A DNA stretch of 58,882 nucleotides from a bacterium. GTDB taxonomy: Bacteria; Armatimonadota; Chthonomonadetes; Chthonomonadales; Chthonomonadaceae. The notes under the pieces are model-generated. The model did no database searches, was not told where the DNA came from, and worked only from the letters and a program-made list of their open reading frames with translations. Location: NCBI GenBank assembly GCA_900299305.1, contig OMJJ01000119.1, positions 1-58,882 on the forward strand, read 5' to 3'. This document shows, in pieces, positions 9,554 to 18,367 of the stretch. Both the position numbers and the translations under genes were made by a program. Numbering within the stretch: position 1 is the stretch's first letter; every line of letters begins with the position of its first letter.

Positions 9554-9602
9554 TGAATGCCCTCCAAGTTTGTATTTTCTGTTTAGGAAAGGGTCTGTAT
9601 CT

Positions 9603-11492
9603 ATGTCTGTTTACGGCTTAAAGCGGCTGACCAGAACGCTGTTTTTGCAGGGGTTATTCGCGCTTCTGCTTACTCTCCCCGCGCTTGTTTGGGCGCAAGA
9701 GGCTCCCTATAAGGTCTCGGAGCACTACTCCAAGTTCGAGGCGTACATCCCCATGAGGGATGGAGTACGCCTCTATACGGTGGTATTTGTTCCCAAAGCG
9801 CGTTCCGAAAAGCCTTACCCTATTATGCTCATGCGAACCTGCTATAGTGTTCCTTATGGCGCGAACAACTATCCCGCTCGCTTAGGTCCTTCACGGCAAC
9901 TGATGGAGTCGGGATGTATTTTTGCGATGCAGGATGTACGAGGCAAGTTTATGTCGGAAGGCGAGTGGGTGGAGATACGCCCTCTTCAGAAAAAATACAC
10001 CCGCAAACAGGACATAGACGAGACTACAGATACCTACGATACGGTGGACTGGCTGGTGAAATCGGTTCCCAATAACAACGGGCGGGTAGGAATGTGGGGT
10101 ATCTCTTATCCCGGTTTCTATGCCGCCATGGGGGCTATCAACGCGCACCCTGCGGTAGTAGCCGTATCGCCTCAAGCACCTGTCTCCGAGTGGTTTATGG
10201 GCGACGACCCACACCGCAACGGGGCTTTTATGCTCCTCGATGTCTTCTTCTTTTATGGGGGAACGGGGCGTGTGCGCCCAAGACCGAGTATGGGAATGGA
10301 AGGTGTACCGCTGGATACCAAAGGCTACACCGACTCCTATCGGTTCTTTTTAGATATGGGTGCACTGCCTAATATCGACAAAAAGCAGTATAAGGGGCAG
10401 ATACCCTTCTGGAACGACCTCATGGCGCACGGCACTTACGACTCGTGGTGGAAAGATAGAAGCGTTCCCCCACGTATGAAGAATATCAAACCTGCGTTAC
10501 TAGTAGTGGGAGGGTGGTTCGATGCAGAGGATATGTACGGCGCGTTGAACCTCTATCAAGCCACCGAACAGCAGAACCCTACCGTTCAAAATAACCTTGT
10601 GATGGGACCTTGGACGCATGGCGGTTGGTCGAACGGAGACTTCGCCTCTTTTGGTGACATCGACTTCGGCTCGAAAACAGGGCAGTACTACCGTGACAAC
10701 ATCCTAACCCCCTTCTTTATGTACCACTTGAAGGGAGAGGGAACCCTAAACTTGGCAGAGGCTACCTGCTTTATGACGGGCGCGAACGAGTGGAAAAGCT
10801 ATCCCGCTTGGCCCCCAAAAACGGCAATCGAAAAGAGCCTCTACTTGCAATCGGGAAAAGCGTTAGGATGGTCTGCCCCAACTCAAGAGGATACCTTTAC
10901 TGAGTATGTAAGCGACCCGGCAAATCCCCCCCCCTATTCTGCCTCCGCCATGAAGCAGATGGGGCGCGATTCTCGTTACCTTATTGAAGACCAACGCTTC
11001 GCAAGTGAGCGTTCGGATGTGATAACCTTCCAAACAGATCCGCTACAAGAGGACGTAACGGGGGTAGGTAGGCTCTTCGCCGACCTGTTTGTAAGCACCA
11101 CCGGAACCGATAGCGACTTTGTGGTCAAACTGATAGATGTGTTTCCCGATGATTCCCCCGATTTCAAGGGTAAAAAGATGGGCGGCTATCAGATGCTGGT
11201 GCGCGGCAATATCCTGCGTGCCAAGTTCCGCCAGAGTTTTGAGAAGCCCGTTGCGTTCAAACCGGGAGAGGTGACTCCCGTCTCGTTTGAACTTCAAGAC
11301 ATCTGCCACCGTTTCAAAAAGGGACACCGCATTATGGTACAGGTTCAGAGTAGTTGGTTTCCGCTGGTAGATAGGAACCCACAGAAGTTTGTAGACATCT
11401 ATCACGCACAAGATTCGGACTTCCAAAAAGCGACCAACCGCATCTACCACAGTGCAAAATATCCTTCCAAAATTCGGTTTAGCGTGGAGTAA
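9603..11492 (+). CDS. CocE/NonD-family hydrolase (S15 X-Pro dipeptidyl-peptidase-like)
   Basis: Signal peptide from MSVYGLKRL, GISYPG nucleophile motif, and a C-terminal beta-sandwich typical of the family. I chose ATG 9603 over the track start at 9459, which overlaps the upstream gene. Confidence 0.8.
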   Translation: MSVYGLKRLTRTLFLQGLFALLLTLPALVWAQEAPYKVSEHYSKFEAYIPMRDGVRLYTVVFVPKARSEKPYPIMLMRTCYSVPYGANNYPARLGPSRQLMESGCIFAMQDVRGKFMSEGEWVEIRPLQKKYTRKQDIDETTDTYDTVDWLVKSVPNNNGRVGMWGISYPGFYAAMGAINAHPAVVAVSPQAPVSEWFMGDDPHRNGAFMLLDVFFFYGGTGRVRPRPSMGMEGVPLDTKGYTDSYRFFLDMGALPNIDKKQYKGQIPFWNDLMAHGTYDSWWKDRSVPPRMKNIKPALLVVGGWFDAEDMYGALNLYQATEQQNPTVQNNLVMGPWTHGGWSNGDFASFGDIDFGSKTGQYYRDNILTPFFMYHLKGEGTLNLAEATCFMTGANEWKSYPAWPPKTAIEKSLYLQSGKALGWSAPTQEDTFTEYVSDPANPPPYSASAMKQMGRDSRYLIEDQRFASERSDVITFQTDPLQEDVTGVGRLFADLFVSTTGTDSDFVVKLIDVFPDDSPDFKGKKMGGYQMLVRGNILRAKFRQSFEKPVAFKPGEVTPVSFELQDICHRFKKGHRIMVQVQSSWFPLVDRNPQKFVDIYHAQDSDFQKATNRIYHSAKYPSKIRFSVE

Positions 11493-11497
11493 GCGAA

Positions 11498-12301
11498 ATG
11501 GAGAGTATCAAACGTACAGGCGCGAAGGCGCGTTATGAAGAGGATGGCTTCTTGGTGGTTCCAGAGGTCATCTTCCCAAACGAACTGGTGGAAAACGCCG
11601 TTTTGGGTATGGATGCGATACGGCGCGGAGAGTACGATACCGGAGTACCCCCGCGCCCCTCCCCATGGAAGCCGGGAGACGACCCCAACCTGCTTTGCAA
11701 AATAGAACAGCCTCAGTTTGCAAGCCACGCCATTCGGGAGTTGCTAAACTACCCCGCGTTGGGAGAGTGGGCATCGGCGATTACGGGGGCTACGGGAGTA
11801 CAAGCGTGGTGGATACAACTGCTCTATAAGCCTTCTGCCCCCGAAGGGGTTACACTAAAGACCAATGTGGGTTGGCATCAGGATAGGTACTACTGGGGGA
11901 TTTGGGAGGAGGATAGCGAACTCCTTACGGCGTGGATTGCGCTTTCGGAGGTGGAAGAGGACTGTGGGCCCATGCACTTTGTGCGCGGCTCACACCAGTG
12001 GGGCTTTCGCAATGAAGGAGACTTCTTCGAGCAGAACTTGGAGGGGCAGAAGCACGGTATTTCGGTTCCGGAGGGGGCGAACTGGGAAGAGGTCTCTGGT
12101 GCGATTCCGAAAGGTGGCGTAACGTTTCATCACAAGCTCACCTTTCACGGCTCTCAAGCCAATGTCTCTGGTAGACCGCGCCGCAGTTTGGCAGTACACC
12201 TAAGAACGCAGAACTCGCGCCCTGTTGAGAATCGGCGGGAGGGATTGACGGAGTTTATCGACGATACAACCCTCTGCCCTGTTATCTATGGGAAGATGTA
12301 A
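11498..12301 (+). CDS. Phytanoyl-CoA dioxygenase (PhyH) family Fe(II)/2OG oxygenase
   Basis: WHQD iron-ligand motif, later HFVRGSH, and family-like length of 267 aa. Confidence 0.75.
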   Translation: MESIKRTGAKARYEEDGFLVVPEVIFPNELVENAVLGMDAIRRGEYDTGVPPRPSPWKPGDDPNLLCKIEQPQFASHAIRELLNYPALGEWASAITGATGVQAWWIQLLYKPSAPEGVTLKTNVGWHQDRYYWGIWEEDSELLTAWIALSEVEEDCGPMHFVRGSHQWGFRNEGDFFEQNLEGQKHGISVPEGANWEEVSGAIPKGGVTFHHKLTFHGSQANVSGRPRRSLAVHLRTQNSRPVENRREGLTEFIDDTTLCPVIYGKM

Positions 12302-12332
12302 CTTGTCTTCACCAAAAAGGAGTGTTTTGGTT

Positions 12333-12758
12333 ATGAAACGAAGTAGAAAAATAGGGCTGATAGCCCTCGTGTTGGTGTTATGCACGGGAGTAGTGGCTTC
12401 GGCGCAGTTGGGTTCTCTGTTCAAGGGGGGCGGTATCGCGTTTATCGTCTCGAAGTTTGGCAAAGACATCAACAAAGCCATTAACCGCCTTACGAAAACA
12501 GAAGACAAAACGGATACTTATGCCACAAAAGTAGTTCCTATTATCTCGGTGGGTAACGGGAAAGAGGCGGGTGCGTGTCAGATTATGGGGGCACCGGAAG
12601 CGGTGGAGAAGGTGGGGGCAGTAGCGCAGTTGGAAGGGGATTTTAGCATTGTGAAGGTGCGAATGCGCGGACTAATCCCCATTGAAGGCAAGGATGTAAG
12701 CCACTTAAAGCGCGTGGTGGGCGTGGGAGTAAGCGGTTTGCTAGATATTAAACTTTAA
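12333..12758 (+). CDS. Secreted hypothetical protein
   Basis: Signal peptide MKRSRKIGLIALVLVLCTGVVASAQ at the internal ATG 12333. No family recognised. Its 3-prime end overlaps the convergent operon by 11 bp. Confidence 0.5.
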   Translation: MKRSRKIGLIALVLVLCTGVVASAQLGSLFKGGGIAFIVSKFGKDINKAINRLTKTEDKTDTYATKVVPIISVGNGKEAGACQIMGAPEAVEKVGAVAQLEGDFSIVKVRMRGLIPIEGKDVSHLKRVVGVGVSGLLDIKL

Positions 12759-13758
12759 TGCTGAAGGAACTGTAAAAAATGGCATGAGTGCGGCGCAACA
12801 CGTTTCCTTGATAGCGGTAGCCCCCCATACCGTGTTCAATGTGGTGGTATTTATATGCCTTCTCTGGAGTCTCTGGTCTTATGGGAGGGCGAGGGGTAGG
12901 GTCATTTTCTATTTCGCCTGCCTTTTGCGAAGTCACTCCGGCTATGCCTTCGATACGCGTTATCCCTCGCTCCTCTATCTCTTTCTTACGCTGGTTTTGT
13001 ACAAAAAGGATGGCGGCTTGCATCTCTTGGAGCGTTTTGGAGTCGGTACTCTTTTTGAGGGCTGGAGAGAAGACAGGGCTGAAATAGAGGGCGGTATCCA
13101 ATTTGCGAAAATCGTTCTCTTGCCAATGTTGAGGGTTGGTCTTAGCAAAAGAGTCCCATTCCGCAACAAGTGTGTTGTAGCCCTGTTGTAGCAGAGTAAG
13201 GAGGGGCTGTATCTCCAACTCTGCTTTGTTTTGCATCAGGTTTTGTAGGGCTATCAAGCCATTTTCCCACGCACTCGTCTTTATTTCAAATGCGCTTTTC
13301 GTGGGGAGTATTTTTTGGGGGGCAGGAGGCTCTTTGGCTTTTTGGCGTTCTACCTCCCATTTTTGAAAGTGCAAATCTATCTCCGCAAGCCGTGCTAGAG
13401 TTGCTTTAAGAAGAAACTGTGTCTCGTTTTGTTGCTTTACAATCTGCTCTAAGGAGTTCGTAACGGTTTCCAGATTGGTGTTCGATTTTACTCCCTCTAA
13501 TGCCTCCAAAAGGGTTTGCGACTGACTTTGTAGGGTTGCCTCTATTGAGTTTACCCATAGAGGGCGTTTCGATTCTAAGATGCGCTCTGTCTGTTGCCCA
13601 ATTTGGCGCACTGTACTCTCCGCATCGTCGTCCTCTTCAATGTCGTTGTGCGTTGCATCCAGAAGACGGCTACGGAGTTCGCGCACTTGTGATGCAACTG
13701 CAAAAACCCCAAACAGTAGCAACACGGAAAGAATAGTAGGAATCCAGTCAAGTGTCAT
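12748..13758 (-). CDS. Membrane-anchored coiled-coil protein with GrpE-like C-terminus (paralog 2)
   Basis: N-terminal TM helix (IPTILSVLLLFGVFAVA) and a long Q/E/L-rich helical region. C-terminal RGITRIEG ... GGYRYQGNVLRRTHAIFY resembles the GrpE beta-domain (E. coli QKGYTLNGRTIRAAMVTV). AAGGAG RBS is present. Paralogous to 13777-15114. Confidence 0.5.
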   Translation of the reverse strand: MTLDWIPTILSVLLLFGVFAVASQVRELRSRLLDATHNDIEEDDDAESTVRQIGQQTERILESKRPLWVNSIEATLQSQSQTLLEALEGVKSNTNLETVTNSLEQIVKQQNETQFLLKATLARLAEIDLHFQKWEVERQKAKEPPAPQKILPTKSAFEIKTSAWENGLIALQNLMQNKAELEIQPLLTLLQQGYNTLVAEWDSFAKTNPQHWQENDFRKLDTALYFSPVFSPALKKSTDSKTLQEMQAAILFVQNQRKKEIEERGITRIEGIAGVTSQKAGEIENDPTPRPPIRPETPEKAYKYHHIEHGMGGYRYQGNVLRRTHAIFYSSFSIKV

Positions 13759-13776
13759 CTTGGTACTCTCCTTTGC

Positions 13777-15114
13777 TTAGGATTGTGGCTCGCTTTTGCG
13801 GTAGTAGAGGGCATGGGTGGGTTGGTTGGCAATAACTTGTCCGTTATACTCATAACCTGCCCTACCCGGCACAATTCTATAGAACCGATACTCCAACTTC
13901 TCTTCTGGGGCAGGAATACGGAGCCTGTCATTTTGAGCATCTGCTTCTATTCTGCCCGGTGACATTCGGGAGGCGGTGGTCTCTTTTGCCGCTTGCTCTC
14001 CTATGCGATAGATACCGCGCTTTGCCAACTGCCGCTGTGCCTGTTGTTGTATTTGCTGAACCGTTTCGTGGAGTTGCGCCCAGTTCTTCGAGAGTGCAGG
14101 TGTCCAATCGCCTGTATCGACCTTGAATTCGCTGTAGAGTGCTCTGTCTAGGGGTTCTATATCGGTAGCGTTCCACTGTGTAGGGGATATTTTGGCGAGT
14201 TCATTCCAGCGTCCTACACTAAAGAAGGTGTATGTGTTACGAATCTGCGCCTCGATATCCGGAGCCGCCTGCTCTAGTTTTATCTTCAGTTTGGAGTACT
14301 CCATTTGAGTCACCCAACTCTCCATCAGCGATTCCCAAGTCGGCGCGAGGGTTGTGGATGAAGAGGGTACAAGACTAGGGCTATCCTGAATCGTTTTCGG
14401 TTCGGTAGCTTCTTTCTGTTGTTGAAGGAGAGCGTCTATTTTTGCGTACAGAGGTTGGATTGTGTCCTTGATTATCTTCTGCACATCTTCTTTTGAGAGG
14501 GCTTCGGGGGTAGAACGGTGAGGCTCAGAAGAGATTTCTTTGCTAAGGGGTATCTCCTGTTTCGCCCCAGCCTGTTCTTCTGCCCACAAGAGCATCATCT
14601 GAAGTCTTTCTGAGAGTTGTTCTACCTGGGTAGCAAGTGGTTGAAGTGCATCGAGTTGTTTGGCGACTGCTTGCCTCTCTTCTCCCTCAAGTTGCTTAAT
14701 GTTGGTTATGGCAACCTCCACTTTTGAGGCTACTTTGCCTATCTCTGGGTTGATACCATCCGCAAAATCATCTACAACAGTAGCGAGATTGTCTATGAGC
14801 CTCTTAACATCGTCATATCTTTTTGACATTTCTTCCACTATCTGCTCTCTGTGAGCCAGTAGCACCGCTTGCCATGCTACTTCTAACTGATTGGCATAAT
14901 CTCTGTGTACTCTGTCTACTATGATATACACAAGCACCACAATAAATACAAGTGAACTCATGGCTCCGAGTGCCGCCCACTTGTTGATTAGCCATGCGGC
15001 AAACTCCGTGCAGACTAACAGAGTTGCCAAAAAAATGAGCGGTTTTACAAAAGTAGGAGGCGGAGGAGTTTGCGTCTCTTCTTTTTGGGGTGGCATAGCT
15101 TGGGCTCCTAACAT
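13777..15114 (-). CDS. Membrane-anchored coiled-coil protein with GrpE-like C-terminus (paralog 1)
   Basis: Two N-terminal TM helices and a long coiled coil. C-terminal LAKRGIYRIGE ... AGYEYNGQVIANQPTHALYY is GrpE-like. The likely true start is ATG 15096, preceded by AGGAG. Confidence 0.5.
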   Translation of the reverse strand: MLGAQAMPPQKEETQTPPPPTFVKPLIFLATLLVCTEFAAWLINKWAALGAMSSLVFIVVLVYIIVDRVHRDYANQLEVAWQAVLLAHREQIVEEMSKRYDDVKRLIDNLATVVDDFADGINPEIGKVASKVEVAITNIKQLEGEERQAVAKQLDALQPLATQVEQLSERLQMMLLWAEEQAGAKQEIPLSKEISSEPHRSTPEALSKEDVQKIIKDTIQPLYAKIDALLQQQKEATEPKTIQDSPSLVPSSSTTLAPTWESLMESWVTQMEYSKLKIKLEQAAPDIEAQIRNTYTFFSVGRWNELAKISPTQWNATDIEPLDRALYSEFKVDTGDWTPALSKNWAQLHETVQQIQQQAQRQLAKRGIYRIGEQAAKETTASRMSPGRIEADAQNDRLRIPAPEEKLEYRFYRIVPGRAGYEYNGQVIANQPTHALYYRKSEPQS

Positions 15115-15129
15115 GGGGCTATGGTGGTG

Positions 15130-17553
15130 CTACATGATAACAATGTCGTCTTCTCTTCCTTGATATTGAGGATAGTTAATTATCAGATGAAGGTGAGCAT
15201 CTGGGCGATAGTGAAGGTGAATGCCCATCCGCAAGTCTACCGTCAAGCCTTGTCTATCCACAATCGTATCTTCGTAGAGGTGGTACTCTCTCTCTTCTCC
15301 CTCTATCTTTAGGCGCGTATATACGGTTATTGTCCCCGTTTGCTTACGAGATAAGATAACCGTATGCTCGTCGGACTCGGTGTTTACAGAGCAACCTGCC
15401 CGTATCAGAGAGGGTTCGTCTAGGTTATGAGAGGCAGACGTGAAGCGAACACCAATAGTAAATGGAAAGTTATCAGTGGAGTCTACCAGTGGGCTAAGGG
15501 TGGCTCCCCGCGCTACGTTTAGAGTATAAAACGGGGTGGCAGTGCCTTGCTGAGAAGCGACTTGTGGAGGTTTTGGAAGATAGCGTATCCCTGTAAACAG
15601 TCTTCTTACCCTCTCTACTACACAGGGGATAAACGTACTGCCTCCGGTAAGGCAGAGCCATTTTACTCTGGGGATTTCTCTCATTTTGTCGCGTAGGGAG
15701 GGGTATGCCTCCTTAAAATGGACACGCTTGAGTACGGTATTTACCCCATGTTCCCCCTCTTCGGGAAGCAGGATGGGGTAGGTGTCGGACTCGGTGATAC
15801 CTATCTCTAACATTTTATGTAGGTACTCATTGTAGAGCGAGGCGATTAGGCTCCATGAGACGACTGCCCCCTCTCCAAAGGTATCCGGTGCATTTAACTC
15901 TACTCTCGAATCTTGCCTCAAGCGGGTTTCATCTGGGGGAAAAGAGAGTTTTTCTTTGGCGCGTCGAATATCGTCTACAAAAGCGGTATGACTATATTCG
16001 TCGGGCTTTTTGGGAGAGTTCTCCATAATACGTTCGGCGAGGAGTGCGTCTACAAGGTCGCCCCCTATGGGAAACCCTAATCTAAGGTGTCGCTTAAACT
16101 GATATACCCCTTGCGACTGCGTTATCTCCAAAATACAGATGTCGGTAGTTCCTGCCCCCGAATCGAAGACACAGATGTAGTCGCCGTCGTGCAGGTCGGT
16201 CATACCCCACTGTTCGTGGTGATACAGAAAGTCGATAGCGGCGGCTTCTGGCTCTGATAGGGTCTCTATCTTGTGTCTGGGGAACCCCGCTAGTTCGGCG
16301 GCATCGAGTGTCCTCTCTCTCTGCTCATTGAACTGGATTTCGTTTCCCAATACGGGTAGGCTCATTACTACCCGTGCGTTACTAAAAGGGTCTTTGCCGT
16401 TAAAGAGGGGCTTACTCTGTAGCTCTTGATAGAGGAAGGTAAGAAAGTCGGTGACAACCTCTGGGGCGGTATAGGTTCGGGCCGTGGCTTCGTGCGGGTA
16501 CTCGGTGTCGCTAGAGAGAAGTTTTTTCACAGAGCGAATCACGAGGGAGTCGGAGGTAACACTCGCGGGTACTTCCCATCCAAAGAGGGGTGGGTCTCCT
16601 ATGGCGGGAGGGTACATGACTACCGAAGGCAGACTTTGGCGACTGTTGTTCCACTCTATAGGGATAAGTGTTTCGGGTGCGTTGAGGTTATCTATCACAA
16701 AGACCGCGCTTTTATAGGTTCCAAAGTCTATTCCGATAATCCAACGCTCTCTCGGTTTTTCGAGGGGTTTGGGGTACTGAGCAAACAGCACGACCTCTTG
16801 CGGCGTAGTAAAGCCCAACCCCGACACCTTGAGTTTGCCGTTATACCTCTCTCTACCATATTCATACGGGGGAGGCGTGATGGAGATGTGCCGCCTTTCC
16901 CGTGCGTCAATGGTAAGCGTCCCTTTGGTTTGTACGCCTACCCCCTCCTGTTCGATACGGAAATCGCCCTCTGTTACCTCTAGGGTGATGTCGTCTTCTG
17001 CATCTCCTTCGTTATGTAGGCAGAGCGATTGGGACTGGTGGGGGCTACGGAAAATCAGGGTTTTGCTCAGAACAAAGGTGGGGCCCAAACGCTTACGCTC
17101 TAGAGTGGCACGTACCTGCATCTCGGAATGTACATCCATGTTGGCAGGTCGGAATATCTCGTCGGGGTCGTCGGTTAGCGGTTCGCGGGTGTTGGTGTCT
17201 AGGGTAAAGCAGATATCCTTTGCCTCTTCGGGTACTGCGTTGGGTAGCAGGTCAAATTTCCAAACGAATCGCGGGTTTTTGGCGGAGAGCGGGGCAGGGT
17301 TATTAACGGCTTGGGTCGATTGTACCCCCGCCGGTAAGTTGCTGAAAGCAAAGCGTATACTGCCTGCCCCCTCATGCGTTAGCATTACCGTACAGGGCGT
17401 AGGGGTATACCCAATGAGGACAATGGGGTCTGGGGTAATCGTCGCGATCACTTTTCCCAACGACCATCCGCAGTATACACAGAACTGAATATCGTCGTCA
17501 TCGGGATTATAGGATGTTTTTTTGCAGTGGTGGCAAAACGCGAACGTGTTCAT
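15130..17553 (-). CDS. Hsp70/DnaK-like ATPase with N-terminal zinc ribbon and beta-rich insert
   Basis: CHHC...CVYC zinc ribbon (aa 7-28), then about 240 aa of beta-rich sequence. Actin-fold ATPase motifs follow: IIGIDFGTYKS (phosphate 1), LSEPEAAAI, VFDSGAGTTD (phosphate 2) and LTGGSTFIP (adenosine). The short C-terminal beta domain resembles a lidless substrate-binding domain. Confidence 0.8.
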   Translation of the reverse strand: MNTFAFCHHCKKTSYNPDDDDIQFCVYCGWSLGKVIATITPDPIVLIGYTPTPCTVMLTHEGAGSIRFAFSNLPAGVQSTQAVNNPAPLSAKNPRFVWKFDLLPNAVPEEAKDICFTLDTNTREPLTDDPDEIFRPANMDVHSEMQVRATLERKRLGPTFVLSKTLIFRSPHQSQSLCLHNEGDAEDDITLEVTEGDFRIEQEGVGVQTKGTLTIDARERRHISITPPPYEYGRERYNGKLKVSGLGFTTPQEVVLFAQYPKPLEKPRERWIIGIDFGTYKSAVFVIDNLNAPETLIPIEWNNSRQSLPSVVMYPPAIGDPPLFGWEVPASVTSDSLVIRSVKKLLSSDTEYPHEATARTYTAPEVVTDFLTFLYQELQSKPLFNGKDPFSNARVVMSLPVLGNEIQFNEQRERTLDAAELAGFPRHKIETLSEPEAAAIDFLYHHEQWGMTDLHDGDYICVFDSGAGTTDICILEITQSQGVYQFKRHLRLGFPIGGDLVDALLAERIMENSPKKPDEYSHTAFVDDIRRAKEKLSFPPDETRLRQDSRVELNAPDTFGEGAVVSWSLIASLYNEYLHKMLEIGITESDTYPILLPEEGEHGVNTVLKRVHFKEAYPSLRDKMREIPRVKWLCLTGGSTFIPCVVERVRRLFTGIRYLPKPPQVASQQGTATPFYTLNVARGATLSPLVDSTDNFPFTIGVRFTSASHNLDEPSLIRAGCSVNTESDEHTVILSRKQTGTITVYTRLKIEGEEREYHLYEDTIVDRQGLTVDLRMGIHLHYRPDAHLHLIINYPQYQGREDDIVIM

Positions 17554-17555
17554 AG

Positions 17556-18356
17556 CTACTGCTTCCCTTGTTTTACGGAGTTGATAATTCCCCTAAAGGT
17601 GTTGATGGGTATGGCTACCTGCTTGTTGTTGCCGATGTCGTCGGGTGTGGAGGCGGTATTGATACCGATAAGCCGCCCCCTTTCGTCGATAAGCGGTCCC
17701 CCACTGAAGCCTTTCTGTATGGTACAGGTGTGTATGATAAGGCGTTGTTCGGTGTCACTGGGCAGGAATGCGGAGATGGTTCCGGTGGGCATATCTTGGC
17801 TAGGTGTCTTATCTCCGCTTCCGTCTATCATTGTCTTTCCGTAACCAATCGCAGTTACCTTTGCCCCCTTGTTGAAGGTGGTGTCATCTGCAATGGTGAA
17901 GTGAGCCAGCTTATCTGCCTGAACTTTAAGAATCGCGAAGTCGTTGGGGAGTTGTTTTAGGAATTCGGGGATAGTGTTGGCAGGAGTAGCACTCGCCTCT
18001 CCTTTTTGGGAAACGGTTGCACTCAACTTTATTGGCTTTGCGCTCCCGCTATCGAAGTACACTGTAATTGTGCTTGCTCCCGCAATAACGTGCCGATTGG
18101 TGAGGATGTATCCATCCGCAGTAAGTACACAACCCGTTCCCGACCCCGAATCGGTGACAATGAGGACTGTTGCAGCCTTCGCGTCGTTCGGCTTAAAGAG
18201 GGTGTAGAGTATCGTAACCACTACTATGGGAAGCAAAAGGGCGAGTAGTTTCGCAAGCGAGAAGTTCCCAATGGGTTTCGCGGCTGTTTTGGTAGTTGCG
18301 GTAGTAGTGGTGGTGCTACTGCTGGTAGTAGCCCAGTTATCGGAATAGTATCTCAT
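17556..18356 (-). CDS. Membrane-anchored trypsin-like (S1/HtrA-type) serine protease
   Basis: Ser/Thr-rich N-terminus, one TM helix, then triad motifs LTNRHVI (His), NDFAILKV (Asp) and GFSGGPL (Ser). ATG 18356 has an AAGGAG RBS that overlaps the stop of the upstream gene. Confidence 0.85.
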   Translation of the reverse strand: MRYYSDNWATTSSSTTTTTATTKTAAKPIGNFSLAKLLALLLPIVVVTILYTLFKPNDAKAATVLIVTDSGSGTGCVLTADGYILTNRHVIAGASTITVYFDSGSAKPIKLSATVSQKGEASATPANTIPEFLKQLPNDFAILKVQADKLAHFTIADDTTFNKGAKVTAIGYGKTMIDGSGDKTPSQDMPTGTISAFLPSDTEQRLIIHTCTIQKGFSGGPLIDERGRLIGINTASTPDDIGNNKQVAIPINTFRGIINSVKQGKQ

Positions 18357-18367
18357 AGCACCTCTCC

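Noticed and set aside
9459-9602. Upstream extension of the S15 hydrolase ORF.
   Set aside because: The extension overlaps the 3-prime end of the esterase gene and encodes a non-signal, Arg-rich peptide. ATG 9603 yields a proper signal peptide.
12748-12758. 11-bp overlap of the convergent 3-prime ends of the operon and the 12333-12758 gene, considered as a regulatory feature.
   Set aside because: A short convergent overlap is common. No structure or motif is visible, so it is noted only as the operon boundary.
16426-17488. Plus-strand ORFs of 185 and 219 aa.
   Set aside because: They are antisense to the Hsp70-like gene, whose ATPase motifs fix the coding strand.
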